Source of the DNA: the human T2T-CHM13v2.0 reference genome, Homo sapiens
Strand: one strand, 5' to 3'
Length of the DNA stretch: 64,000 nucleotides
Assembly (NCBI RefSeq): GCF_009914755.1
Contig: NC_060930.1
The translations under genes were made by a program, and so were the position numbers. This document shows positions 11,743 through 27,567 of the stretch, piece by piece; positions within the stretch are counted from its first letter, which is position 1; every line of letters starts with the position of its first letter. Below the pieces are notes generated by a model. That model did not search any database. It was not told the origin of the DNA and saw nothing but the letters and a program-made list of their open reading frames with translations.

Positions 11743-14455
11743 AGATTCATTGACTTTTAAACTCACAGTTCTCTTTTAGAAACTCTTTCAACTCTTGCCT
11801 CAGATAATGCTGAGCATCAGTCAGCTGGTTTTATTGCCAGCATGGTTCTGCATTGATATAAAACAGGAACTAATAGTATTTACGATGTGCTACTTTTTCT
11901 GGCAGGTGCTTTGCTTATGTCTTCTAATCAAGCAATGGGTTGTAACTTGAAGTTCATTTCTATATAATTGCATCACACTGTGGGAATTAAGTTTTTAACC
12001 ACTGAAAGGATAAAATGACTGTTCAGAGAAGCAGCATCTAGGATATCATTGCTTCTGTAAACTAGGATTATGTGTTTGTGCAATTAAGGAGGCTAGCCTT
12101 GACGTTAAGTGTCACCATCAAGATCGATCTCTATTGTATACAGAGACACAACTTTGTTTCAAACCTTGTGGCTGGTCCAGCAGAGTGTTCAGGTACAACT
12201 TTAGCTATAATTCCTCTTCCATGAGCTTGTCGAAGTGCCCCCAAGAAGACTGATTCATGCTTGGTGCATCAAAGCTAACCATCAACTATCTGCAGCAACA
12301 GGAGATGAAGGGAAGATTTGTAGAGGAAGAGAGGGTCCCTACTGCTGCTAGAAAGAAGGTGCACTGACCACATAGCAGGCATGCACAGAGCACATGTTGG
12401 TTGACACCTGGAAGTAGAAGGGAAATAACAATACCAGCAAGGAGAAAGGTGAGGTGATGGAGGAATCAAGGACAGAGTGGTGGTTTTAATGATAACACTT
12501 TATTCTATTTATCCTAGAATAAAAATATGTGTTTTCTTAGTATTTTACAATACACACAACATTTAACATCAATTGTCTTTTGGGGGGTTTCCCACCAGAT
12601 CTTAAGTCTCAGTGTTTTACAGCCACTGAAATGGCCAGCAGGGTGCATTCTTTGTGCCACACCAAGTATCCCTTTGAACCTGAGACTTACGCAGCTCTGT
12701 ATATGCAGTTCAGTTAGTTCTTAATCTGACCTCTTAATTTTTCTTCTTGCATTTTACCCAGGTGCCACATAACTCTGGTAGCTTAATATGAAACTTGAAC
12801 AAGTGACCCTCGTGCTGCCATCTGAGGCCTTATGTAAGAGTGAATACATGAGCAGAGCATTTGTTGACAAAATGACAGAATTGCACTCAGGTGAAAAAAA
12901 TGATTATGGATTTATCATATCCAATATACATTTGGCTAAAGTTAGAAAAAGCGTTAATGTTAAAAAGTTAATATAGTTTGCCTGAAAAGAAAACATAAAA
13001 CATCAACTTCCCTTCAATATGTGTTTCTTTTTTATTTGAAGATTTAATATAGATCTGTTCGAAGTCCATGGAAATTTTTACTTCCTCCTTGAAATAATTC
13101 AAATATGTGAGATAGACTTCAAATATGAGAGACAAACTTGGTGCCTTGATAAAAGAAGTATTTCAAACTGTCCTTTTGTATAGTGCCCCCAAGTGCTCCT
13201 TTCATACCAGGGCTCCCTGCCCGCAATAGGGAGAGGTAGTATAGGTAAGAGGTATGCCACTTTATAGAGTGGGAGAATGAGGATTGTGAAAGAGAGGCGA
13301 CAAAAGAGAGCTGGCCTGCTACTCAACCATAAGTTATCGGCAGATTTGTTTAGGAAAGCATACCTAGAGAAGCAGATGACACAGAAATAGATTGCCTTCA
13401 AACTGACCATGCTTGCAAACCTTTGTAAAGTTTCCATGGGCACACAGAGTCTAGTTTGAAGATCCCTGGAGTATAGAATAAATGCAAGTGTGGTCAACGT
13501 TTTGCAACTTTGCAGTGAATAAAAATCTTGAGGGCATTCATAGGAATAAAGCCCATCTTCTGTGGACATTAAATGTGAATTGATTGAATGCAATGTCTAG
13601 GAGCCTACACAATATCCTCTCGTTTCCTTTCTCTCTGTCACTTTAGTTTTCCCTTTTCAAGTTGCCTTCTTTCTGTTGTTTTCAAAATCCATGTTCTTAA
13701 AGAAATTTAGAGAGGAGTTTCATTAGGCCCTGTTGATATCTTGTGATGCTCATCACTTTATTCTTATTTTATTTCTTTTCTTTGTGGCCAACTTCTCAAA
13801 CTTGCTCAAACAAGCAGTCTATGACCACTAGCTCATTCCCTGTGCAGTCTAAATTTTGACCCATGACTTTGCTGAAACTGCAGATAGGAGACCATTAATG
13901 ATTTAATCAAATAATAGAAGCTCAGTATTGAGTGACGCCTTGGAGATCAAGCAGCCTCACCCTCTTAGCCAATGCCGAGATAACATCTGTGACATTTGCA
14001 CTCATGTGTATCCAACCCTTGGCTTTATTATTTCTAGTGCAATGAGGTGATTTCACAAGGCAGCATATTCTAATTTCATATAGTTGTAGATTTGAGAGGG
14101 TTTGACTTTGTACATATACAAACCCTGTAACTTGAACAAATGACTGTCATTCTGCCATCTGAGGCGTTATGTAGGCCCCACTCTTCTTTACCAAAATGAG
14201 ATGGTCATTCTGAGACCTGCAGCAGTTGAGTGAGCAGTTAGTGATTTACACTTAACCGTACCAACACCCCTATTTGCATATATTGGATTTTAAATATTGT
14301 CAACCTTATCTGTACATGTATTTTCTAAAGAGTCTTACAAAGAACTCCTACTACATTTTCCTAAGTGAAGGAATACTCAATTTTGCAGAGCAGCTTGCTT
14401 CTCCAATGACAATGTGCTTATTGCTTATGGCATAGAACAAATGGAGAGGAAAAAT

Positions 14456-15585
14456 AACAGAAATAGAGACTTGCAGCAACTGCATTCTGAAAACATAAAT
14501 AGAAGGAAAATAAATGATATGTTTCCTGGGAGTAGTCTTCTGAAATTATCAGAGTTGATTTTTCTTGGGTCAATAATTTGGAGCCAAGTTTATCACTCTA
14601 TAATAAATAGAGTAAGTTGACACAATAGTCCAGGGTAAAATTTTTAAAATTAGAGTATTATTCACATACAATAAATTTATCAATGTTAAATGTATGGTTT
14701 GATGAATTTGCATAATTATATACAATCATGCAACCACCACCAAAACCCAGATATGGAATATTTTCATCCCCCTAAAAAGATTCCTCATGCCACCTTGCAG
14801 TAAATCACTTCAGGTGCCCAGACTGAGGTAGCCCTAGATCTGCATCTGTCACTATAGTTTGACCTTTTCTAGAATGTTATATAAATGAAGTCACACACCG
14901 TGCATTCTCCTTGGGGTTTGACTTTTTTCACTTAGCATATTTTTTTGATTCATCCGTGTTGTTGTATGCATTACTATTTCATACCTTTTTATTGCTGAGT
15001 AGTGTTTCATGATACGAATATAGCACAATTTGCTTATCTAGTCACCTATTGAGGAAGATTCAATTCCTTGCAGTTTTTGGCTGTTATGAATAATGCCACT
15101 ATGAACATTAACATATACAATTTTGTGTGGACATCTGTTTTCATTCCTATCTAGTAAACACCTAGTCATGGAAATTTGTGACTCACTTAGGAAATGTATG
15201 TGTAATTTTATAAAGTTTTCCTAAGTGTCAATACCATCTTGCATTTCCACCTGCAACATAGGAGAACTCCACTTGCTCTGAATCTTTGTTAATACTCACT
15301 GTCATCAGTCTTTATAACTTTAGCCATTCTAGTGGGGATACACTTAACACTGATAAATTTATTGTGTTTGAATAATACTTTAATTTTAAAAATTTTACCC
15401 TGGACTATTGTGTCAACTCATTCTATTTATCATAGAGTGATAAACTTGGCTCCAAATTATTGACCCTTGTTACCATGGAAAATCAGCTCTGATAGTTTCA
15501 GAAGCTTCCTCCCAGGAAACATGTCATTTCTTTTCCTTCTATTTATGTTTTCAGAATGCAGTTGGTACAAGTGTCTATTTCTGTT
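14456..15585. repeat. Long inverted repeat: arms 14456-14695 and 15338-15585, 642-bp spacer
   Basis: Manual alignment of the left arm to the reverse complement of the right arm gives about 20 substitutions over 240 nt plus one 8-nt indel (~92% identity). Confidence 0.95.
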
Positions 15586-15720
15586 CTCATTGTAGTTTTA
15601 ATTTGCATTTATCTGATGATTAGTGATATACAGCATCTTTTCACATGCTTCATGCCCATTTGTATATTTTGTGAGACATCTGTTCAGATCTTCTGTCCTT
15701 TTTTTAATCGAGTTGTCATT
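14640..15720 (-). mobile_element. Old L1 (L1MB/L1ME-type) 3' end, interrupted at 15338-15585 by an inverted duplication
   Basis: ttcacatacaataaattt...cttttctagaatgttatataaatgaagtcac...tttagccattctagtggg | ctcattgtagttttaatttgcattt is a typical antisense L1M 3' sequence. Confidence 0.8.
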
Positions 15721-16574
15721 GAAACAGATTTTTAAAAGAATCCAGGAGTTGCTGAGTTCTCATGAACATTTTCATATGTGGTGAAACTAACAAATCTGGT
15801 GGGTAAACAGAGCAGAACTCATTTCAGGAAGGGACAGGGCTGGGAGCTAAGGAGCCTCTTTCCCAGTACAGCTGAATAGCACACTGCTGTGCACCCATGC
15901 ACCACTGATTTATTGATACCCATGGTAAGATGTAAATGCAAACCTCTGAGATGAAAATAGCAGCTTCTAGGGATAGAGATGCTTTAGGTTTTTTGTTTGC
16001 TTGTTTGCTTTTTTTTTTTTTGCTACAGAGTTCAGACATGGATTCTTCTTGAACTAAAAATATAATAAACCATTGTTTTTAGACAGAAGTTCCTCCAAAT
16101 TTGCTTAAGGTGGCATTAAACTTATGTTGAACTAAAGCTATGTGACTATAGATCTCAAAGCACAAAGTGGCTTAAAGTAAGATAAGTATTGCTCAGTGGT
16201 CATTCCTTCATATGTCTGAGGGGAAGCAATGGAGCATAAGTATTCTGCTTTTTAAAAATTTAAAATAGGATGCTTATATACCCAATGACGTAAAATAATT
16301 CAGCTGTAACAATGTTTTCTTATTTTAGATAGCTAAAGAGATGTATATATTATTGGCTAGTCTACAATAATGCTGTCTAGAACATGATAATTTTGTACCA
16401 AAAAGTAATTTTCACATGCTGTTTATTCAGCACCATTGTGTACATTTTGATGCACCCATGGGGATTACTCAACATAATCTCAGTCTTGACAGTTTACCTA
16501 AAATGTCTAGACAACATATAATATTAGCTGATTTTTACATGATGCAGTAATAACCGGCCCCCCCCCCACCCCGC

Positions 16575-16741
16575 TTTTTTTTTTGAGACGGAGTTTCACT
16601 CTTGTCGCCCAGGCTGGAGTGTAATGGCGTATTTCAGCTCACTGCAACCTCTGCCTTCTGGGTTCAAGCGATTCTCCTGCCTCAGCCTCCTGAGTAGCTG
16701 AGATTACAGGGGCCCACCACCATGCCCAGCTAATTTCTGTA
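16575..16741 (-). mobile_element. 5'-truncated AluS (Sp/Sq-like) right arm
   Basis: tttgagacggagtttcactcttgtcgcccaggctggagtg...cccagctaatttctgta. Confidence 0.9.
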
Positions 16742-18394
16742 GGCACACATTTTTTGAGAGACATCAAGGCCACTGTGGCTTCTCTTTTGTAGGCATCCAA
16801 TTCAAATTACATAAATAACACATTTGGTACTTCTTAGCTTAATAAACTGAGTATACAACAGATGAAGAGATAAGAGATAAAATAAGTTGGGAAATCAAAC
16901 ATGATGAAAGTCTTTGTGAAAAGAATAAGGTCACATATCAAAAAGGATAATCTTTGACATGGAAACCAGAAGAGGCAGATGGCGTGAAAACAGCCACTTA
17001 AGACCATAGTTCAAAGAAAGACCACTCCAGCCCTTAGACTCAGGCTGGGTCATATAAGCCCCCAATTCAAGAGCATCTTTTTATTTATTCTGGGCTGATT
17101 TGACTACCAATATAAACACACAGATGGTTTCCCACCTTCTACAGTGCCTGGCCTGGAGTAGATAGTGGGTACAATTTGGCGAACTACATGGAAATTCCCA
17201 AAACCCAAAGAATTATATTCAGAGAAAAACTTTTTTTTTAATCCTTTATGTCTGATAGATAACAAGCAATGATACTACAAAGAGAGTTAGCTGAGACTAG
17301 GCTAATGCAGTCTGAGCTACCTGGATAATTCCTGAAAATCCATCCACCCACTTTTGTATAAATACCATGTCCTTAAGGGCCACATCAACTAACTGCCGTC
17401 TCATCACAAAGAATCACATTTAATTCATTCTAAGAGTAGATGAGAACATATGTTATTTTTAGAAATACATGTTGATGCATGCATACAGATGCAGGTTGAT
17501 GCTTAAAATAACCTCAAAGATAGGGAATTCCCTTTATAGCTGTATATGTAAACTTAGGAGGGAAAGATTTGGTCATGTTACCCCCTACAACTTATCCACC
17601 CTTTTTTCATACAGTTTAGTCCCTGTGAACATGAATTTGTTGGTTTATGTTTTATGACTACATATAATTTCCACCTTTTCTCAAGATAATTCAAAATAAT
17701 GAACAAGGGCTCAAACCACAAATTCATTATACATTAAAAGTAAAGACCTGAATGGACAAAAATTGATGATCGAGGGTGATGGGTGAATTGAAACCCCAGG
17801 AAGGGTACAGTAACCGCTTGAAATATTCCGCACTGAAACAACACAAGCAGAATTAATCCATTAAGATTCTTAAATAATTTAATAATGAAAAGAACCCTTT
17901 TGCCTTGGCTGCCAGGACTCTCAATGTAGAACTGAAGCCTCAATTGCAGTAGTTAAATGATTATATCTAATTCCCAGCATGATCATCTTTTTTCTTCCTG
18001 CTTCTGTCCTTTAAACTCTCTTTTTAGTTGAAGTTTTTAGCAGTCCTATCAGAAATATATATATTTTTTTATTTCAAGTAAACTTAAATCTTTTTCAAAG
18101 AAGATAGGGTGCCAGTTAAAAATAGATTAAAATTGTAACAATGAAAAGAGGTTTAGAGTTATGAGCTATCAAAAGGCGAAAGAATAGGTGAAATAGACTT
18201 AGCATCTGTTTCTTGTATTGATCCCCCAATTCACCATGGTAAGCATTAGCATGACGATGTTCACTGCTTATTTTATTACATGCTTAGAGAAGGTATTTAG
18301 GTACAAGTTAGAATCTGTGGTACTACTCTATTTTTAGAAAGTTGGAAGGGACTTTAAGTAAAATAACTATTAACCTCTGAAAACACGTTGTAAT

Positions 18395-18590
18395 CTAGAC
18401 ACCACCTTAAGGGCTTTTTATACAGCTCTATCTAATCTTCATAGAACCACTGAAAGTTATAATTGTCATTTTATAGTTGAGAAAATTGAAGTCCATGGAG
18501 ATTATGTGTGTTGCTCAGAGTCACGCCCCTAGTAAATTGCAGAGCAAAGATGTGAACCCAGTGCTATCTGGAAATATTCTTTTCCACTGT
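18395..18590 (-). mobile_element. MIR SINE
   Basis: cattttatagttgagaaaattgaagtccatggagattatgtgtgttgctcagagtcac...gaacccag. Confidence 0.65.
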
Positions 18591-21500
18591 ACAAATACCT
18601 CCTTAGTGAACTTCCTGAAGGATCATTTCAACTAATCAACCTCTCATGCAGAATCCCATTTAATCACATTTAATGTAAATGTTTACTTTCAAAGGTATCC
18701 CTGCCATTCCCTTAGAAATGCATTCTGGTGCTTAACACCCCACTCAAGGGAATCAAATTGCTCTTTCCAACTAAGTTTATCTTTTGTATGGTCTCCCAAG
18801 TTCTTTCTCTTTTGTCTTTTGCTCAGTTGAGAGGAAGACTCTCAGAGACATTAACTACACACTGTGAGAGACATGAGGGAAAATACAGTGATCAGGTATT
18901 TATATACCAATAAAATACAAATTATTAGATGATTTAATGACAGTTCAGTTGGGGATTTCAGAATGAACTGCTCACACTCCCTACATTTGAATAACTATCC
19001 TAGTCTTTCAGAAGTCAGTGTTGCCATGAAATCCTATGAGGGAGAGATTTCCCCCCATTTCAAAGTTATATATTTTTTAATTTAAAATTACTCTCAGAAA
19101 ATAGGAAGCTGATAAAAATGAACTCTAGTTTTATTTTTAGAGTGCAATTAAAGGGCTGTTGATAATTTTGTGTCTCAACTGATGCAAAATAATGATATGC
19201 TAACTTATTATAATTGAAGAATTTAGCATGACATTTTTGTATGTCCAATATAAGAATATTTTTACTCCCAATTCCTTCATTTTTTTCTCCTTTTTTTGTT
19301 CTACTCAGAAAAAAAAAAACATGAAAATGCAACAAAAACGTGGACTCTATTGTTAGCTGGTAGCACTGCAGCTCAGCTGTGGTGAACCTGTGACAGTGTG
19401 GTAGGCTTGATTTCCAGTGGCTGAGTGCCCTGTGCTTGCTGAAATGAAAGAATTCAGTACCAAGCAAAGCTGCTCATTAAACAAGCTTTTGCCAAGTCAG
19501 AGAAACTTTATTTTTCCTGCCACAGTATAAGGTACCAAGTGCAATTCTGCCAACTTCCAATTTAACCCCAGCAATGGGAATCTGGAAAAGCTTGGAAAAT
19601 GAGATGTGCATGATAAAGAAAGTTTACTTTTATTGTGCGCGTTTAGTATACTACCTTGCCAAACTTTTAACCAGAGCTTCCAACAAACAACAAAATGGAC
19701 TTATTTGAGTCCCTAGGCTTTTATCTCTACCTCAACTCTGCCCTTCATTCCCTCATGAAGGAACTAACAAGCTGTGCTGTGGCCAAAAGGCAGGCAGCCG
19801 CAAAGAAAAGGAGAAAAAGCAAAGTCTGGTTAATTCCAGACCCTGGCTAATTGGCATCCAAATAATTAAGAGCTGGCTTTAAAATAAAATGCCCGACACC
19901 TAATAGAGGCCCAGTGATGAATAAGGCACAGGGAAGAGAATTCAAAATTTTGGAACATTTATCAACTAGTAGGAGTCCAAGGCTATGGGCTAAAAGCAGG
20001 AAGTTAAATAGAAACAGAGATGGCTATAGGAGAGAAGAAATTAGACAGCTAGCTGGCAGCAGCTAACTCATCTAATAGCTGGAAAAGAAAGATCAGCTTT
20101 CACTTTCAATTATGAGATGCTGAGTAGTTGGTAGTTTGAATAGTATTTATTCTCAAAAGCCCTTTTTTTTGTATTATGTTCCTTGTATTATGTTCCATTT
20201 ATGTTGTATAATAAATACCCATCTATAAACTAGAGATAAAAACCTGGGAGAAACACTTCTCTGGCTATGTCTCCAGGTTCAATTAAAATGGAAGGTGAAG
20301 GCAGTCACCCAGAAGATTTAAAGGAAAACAGTCTCACTTTTGCCTAAATTAACAGGCAAATTCAGCCCAAAGCTTATACTTTGCTTTAACTCCAGTACTT
20401 AACTATTGTTGAGTAGAATTGATCATCCAAGGTAATACGTTTGGTAGATGTTAAAAGGCCACTCTTAGAAATTCAATGCCAAATGATAGTTTTTTTTTTA
20501 CAGAGTTACCATGGAGATAGATTCTACACAAACGACAAAATATTTAATAAATGGCAAGAAAAGAAATTGCCTATGTGCACTTTAAAGAGGTGACTTCTTT
20601 CTTTGCCCTTTGCTGTTCTACATGCAAGCGCTTTGGAAAATGCCAATTTTGGATGTGATGCATCTCTGCAACCTTTGATCTTCCCTAAAAAGAATGACAG
20701 ATTTCTAGTCTTAAAATGGTAAACACTTCTGAATTGACACCCTGTAGCCCACAATGAGTTCCTATCTCTTGTCAAAACATTACACCATTTTCTGGAACAC
20801 CTTGCTTAAACTGAATATCCACTTTTGTCCCCTTGGTGAGAGTTTCTGGAAACTCTGAGTCAAAATGGTAATTCTAGAGGCACTTGCTTTTAGGTGAACT
20901 ACAGAACTTCTTGTAGGAGGACCTTTAGGAATCTGTTTAGTGAGCTCAGGGTAAGCAATGTTGGCTCAGCCTGCCACTGTCTTTTGGGAGGTGGCAAAGT
21001 CAGTAAAATGGTCAGTCCTATACACAGCAAATTGGCTTCCACAAATGCATCTTCAGCAGACACCCAAATCACAGACCTGAAGAAAGGTGCCCTTTCTCTT
21101 TTGAGAATTTGTCTCTTGAGACACTCATAGTCTCAGGGTATTTCCTGTTTTCTCAAAGATGAAGAACTCTGGGAGACTGAGAGATGATATCTGAACTAGG
21201 AATTAGGGTATCTGACCTCCAGTATTAGCTTTGCCACTGACAAGTTATGACCTTGGATTATTCATGTAACTTCTCTGAATTTTATTTCTTTCAACCCTAA
21301 AATGAAAATGTTGGACTATATGTCCCTTTAGGTCACGCAAACTCTCAGAATCTCATGATCTTAAATTAGTATATAATTACCCTTTAGGCTCAAAGGCAAA
21401 GACCATTAAATCTGATTGACTTGGTTTAAAAGATAAAATCATGGAAGTGCTAGGGTAATAATTTTCTTTCTCTGAATTGTGTTCTTCAGTCTTGGAGCCC

Positions 21501-23305
21501 AAGAGCCCATCTATGTATTGGAACCTTTATATTCCAATCTCTGTTTAGAAAGGAGAGAAACAAAATATTAACAACAAATACTCCCATTAGAAACAAGAAG
21601 AGGACCCAAGATCTCTACTGTGACCTACTGACTGAGGTCATAGTCTCTTGTTTTGTTACTGAGCCGGCCCAGGCTGACAAGACCTGCATTGGATAATGTC
21701 CCAGGGTGACCTATCATGACCATTTGAAGGTTGTAAACCTGATGAGAGTCGCAAATCCTGATTTACAAACATTTTTTTCTTCTCCTTTTGGGTAGGACTC
21801 AAGTGCATATACTCAAATTTCATCTCAGGAACACTTCAGGAAATTCCATATATTCTCACAGTATTGCTAAAAACCTGAACTATAAAAAAAGACTTAAAGT
21901 TACAATTTTAAATGCCATTCTTTATGACTTCTGACCTATATCTTTCCACCACTCAATATTCTTCACAACGTGCAAAATAGATGGTGGCAAGATGAATGAA
22001 CAGTAAATTATAATGATGCAAAACTCAATCACCCAGGAGCCATGGACAAAAGAAATGCTGGAAGGATATCCTGCAGCTCAGCTTCTAATATTTACTCTCA
22101 CATTCCAGAATCTTGATGGCATAAGAAACTATTTGCACAAACTCATGTGTCTTAAAATATGCCGTGCTTGCAGGCATGGGTGTATACAAAAGAAAAGTCA
22201 AGAACCCATCTATTTAGAGAATACAAGAAGAAAATGATATTTTCAGAATTAAGAATTCAGGTTTTGCTTTCAGACTACTGATTCAAAACTCCTATACTAG
22301 CTAAAATCTATTGTTACAGTAGTGATGTGTCACTTTTCCCTCTGTGCTATTTTAACCACACAATTGTTTGGGAAAAGATGCCAAGTACATAGACAAAATT
22401 GTGAATGCTTGGTTTTTATTCATTTATGGTATTTTGGGGGGGGGGATCAGATACTTACTATAGACGCAGGTTGACATGTGATATGTAGTTATTTATTGGA
22501 ATTTTTCTGAAAGGTGAAAATGAGCAAATTTTGCCATTGATAAAGTTTTGGGACGAGCAAGAACTAGGCTCTAACTGGCCCTGTTTATTTGTGAGCATAT
22601 ACTAAGTATTTTTGGCTTCCTTGGGTAGTATAAGTTAAACCTCATAGCCTTGTTTCTCCAGAGTTTCTCCCTTCTGTTAGCATTCAGAAAATAAGAGAAC
22701 TCCCAGATTCCCAGTGGGTGGGCAGCCTCATCACTAGACCCCCAAGCTGGTTCTATCTTAACATGTTTCTAAGATGAGGAGTTTGCCAATGCACCAGAGA
22801 CGTAGCAAGCCAAGCCAGATGACATCTGTGATTTGATGAGATGTTGGAGAAAAGGCATATTTAATATGTGACCTCATTGATACCATTCCATCCACTCTCA
22901 ACTGGCCAGCTCAGGGATGGAGGAGGGCAAGCAGGTTTCAGTGGCCTGGAGCAGCTCTTGGGCTATTGCCCATGGATAATCGCTGTTCTTTTTTTTAGTT
23001 TGTTTGGCTTTATTCCTAGGGCAATAGGCATTTTTGCTAGCATTTGGCCATGGAAATGCTAACTGAGTTGGAAGTGACCCTGGATTAGAACATTTTTTAA
23101 AAATAAATTCAGAACATATACATTCAGAGATTTACCTTGAGAAGCAGAATAGTCAGTGGTTAAGCCTTCAAAGATGACAGCCCCAGCACTCCCCTCACTA
23201 ACAAGAGACTGCTGACTTTCCGGGACCTAGTGTCTCATCAATAAAGGAAAGATACAAACAGTGCTCTCCTTAGAGGCTTTTGTTAGGATTAGATGGATTA
23301 ATTCA

Positions 23306-25906
<2,601 letters not shown>

Positions 25907-26069
25907 AAATAACCTGCCATATAATGAGTGCTGCACTAGGCTACTTTAAAGTTTTTATCTTTGAAGCTCAGTGTTTTAACTTTGGCTATTTCATGAAAAT
26001 ACATGACTAAGCAATATCTACTCAACACATTTGTTACTCTCTTTCTAATATTTCACTAGATTGTTATTG

Positions 26070-26775
26070 ATCCATTCATAGAATATTTATTGAGTGTCCC
26101 CTATGTGAGAGGCAAGGTGCTTGGCAGGCAAGATAAAGCAATGCACAAGAGATGCCTGAGCCCCATCCTCAAGGAGCCAAGTGTCTAGTTGAGAAAACAC
26201 ATGGTAAATAAGTAAGCAAATGAATCAATCAAGTAATTATGGATTGAGATTGGGCCTTAGAGGAAATCAATGAAAGCAATAGCGATAGTAGAGAATAATG
26301 ATAATAGGGTCTTAGGTGGGGAGATGAGAAGTGGCTTCTCTAAGGAAGAGAATGGGGTGAGTGAGCATTCCAGGTAGTGGGAATACGAAGAAGCAGGCAT
26401 AAAGATCCAGGTGCAGAAAGCACTGTCCAAGAGCCAGAGTGGCTGGAGATAAGTAAAAAATGAGGAGGAAGTTGCAGTGTCAAGGGCTTGTAAGCCAAGG
26501 AGTTACTTGGGGTGATTTGCATTTCCTGAACATTCCTTTAGCTGCATAATAGAGAACAGATTGAAGGGGGACCCTGATGGGAGTGAGGAGACGAGGTGCA
26601 GTCACAGGAATCTAGATCTAGAAAGGGGATGGTGGCTGGGATGAGGGTGTTGGCGGTTGCTGTAGGTGTAATGGGTAGATTCGAGGGATGTTATGGAAAT
26701 TGAATCAACAGGACTTGCTGCAAATAGATTGGACCTAGGCTGTGAGAGAGAGGGGAAAATTAAGGATATGAAATG
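26070..26775 (-). mobile_element. L2 LINE 3' fragment
   Basis: cattcatagaatatttattgagtgtccctatgtg...aatcaacaggacttgctg...gagagaggggaaaattaaggat. Confidence 0.7.
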
Positions 26776-27154
26776 GAAGTCCTTACCTTAATTTTTGATG
26801 ATAAATATGAATACCAAGTCATTGACACCACAGGAACAACCTTTACATATTTAAGAGATGATTTACATATAATACATTTAAACATAGAATCCTATACTGT
26901 GCCTTCTGAGACAGAAAATAGTAGCTGTAAAAGCCATATGATATTTTAGGAATTTCTTCACTGGCTATGAGAACACTGGGTAAGTGTCATTCATTTTTCT
27001 CTTTGCTAGGTTGCCTGTGGTCTCAGATGTATCAACTGTCAGTCTCCCAAACTCTCCATCCCTTTAGGTTATGGCTTCTAAACTACATAATATTTTCAAA
27101 ATGCTTTACAATTCTAAAACATGTTTAGCATTATGTTATGGGCAGTTTGAGATA

Positions 27155-27345
27155 TTTGTCTTCCTAGTTTGAAGCCTTGGGCAAAGTATTAACCTCTCTT
27201 GAACTGTTTCCACAACTGTAACATGGAAATTAGTAGAAGTACCTTCATCAGTGGGTTGTTGTGAAGATGAGATGACTTAGTACCTGTAAAATGCTATGTA
27301 AATGCCTGTCACATGGCATGATTTCAATAAATTTTAGCTATTAAT
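27155..27345 (+). mobile_element. MIR SINE
   Basis: ccttgggcaaagtattaacctctctt...gggttgttgtgaagatgagatga...aataaattttagctatt. Confidence 0.7.
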
Positions 27346-27452
27346 GTTAGTAGTCTAGATACGCTTCTTAAGAGGCGTGTGCTTCAGTTTCTTCATCTGC
27401 AAAAGTGAAGATAGTTTCTTCCACAGAAGCAAGTAAAAAAAACTGGTTTACT

Positions 27453-27567
27453 TCGGGAGGCAAAGCTTGCAGTGAGCGGAGATCGCACCACTGCACTCTA
27501 GCCTGGGCGACAGAGCAAGACTCCATCTCAAACAAACAAAACAAACGAACAAACAAACAACAATAAC
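27453..27567 (+). mobile_element. Heavily 5'-truncated AluY-like fragment (~77 bp plus an (AAAC)n tail)
   Basis: 17-bp TSD AAAAAAACTGGTTTACT at 27436-27452 and 27568-27584; Y-type diagnostic agcttgcagtgagc. Confidence 0.92.

Noticed and set aside
13099-13593. 164-aa minus-strand ORF
   Set aside because: No recognisable homology or motif and a non-ATG start; compatible with chance.
14456-15585. DNA transposon (MITE/foldback) with long terminal inverted repeats
   Set aside because: There is no TSD, the arms include part of the L1 they interrupt, and the L1 continues beyond the right arm.
16426-16445. REST/NRSE site (TTCAGCACC)
   Set aside because: Only the left half-site is present; the GGACAG right half is absent.
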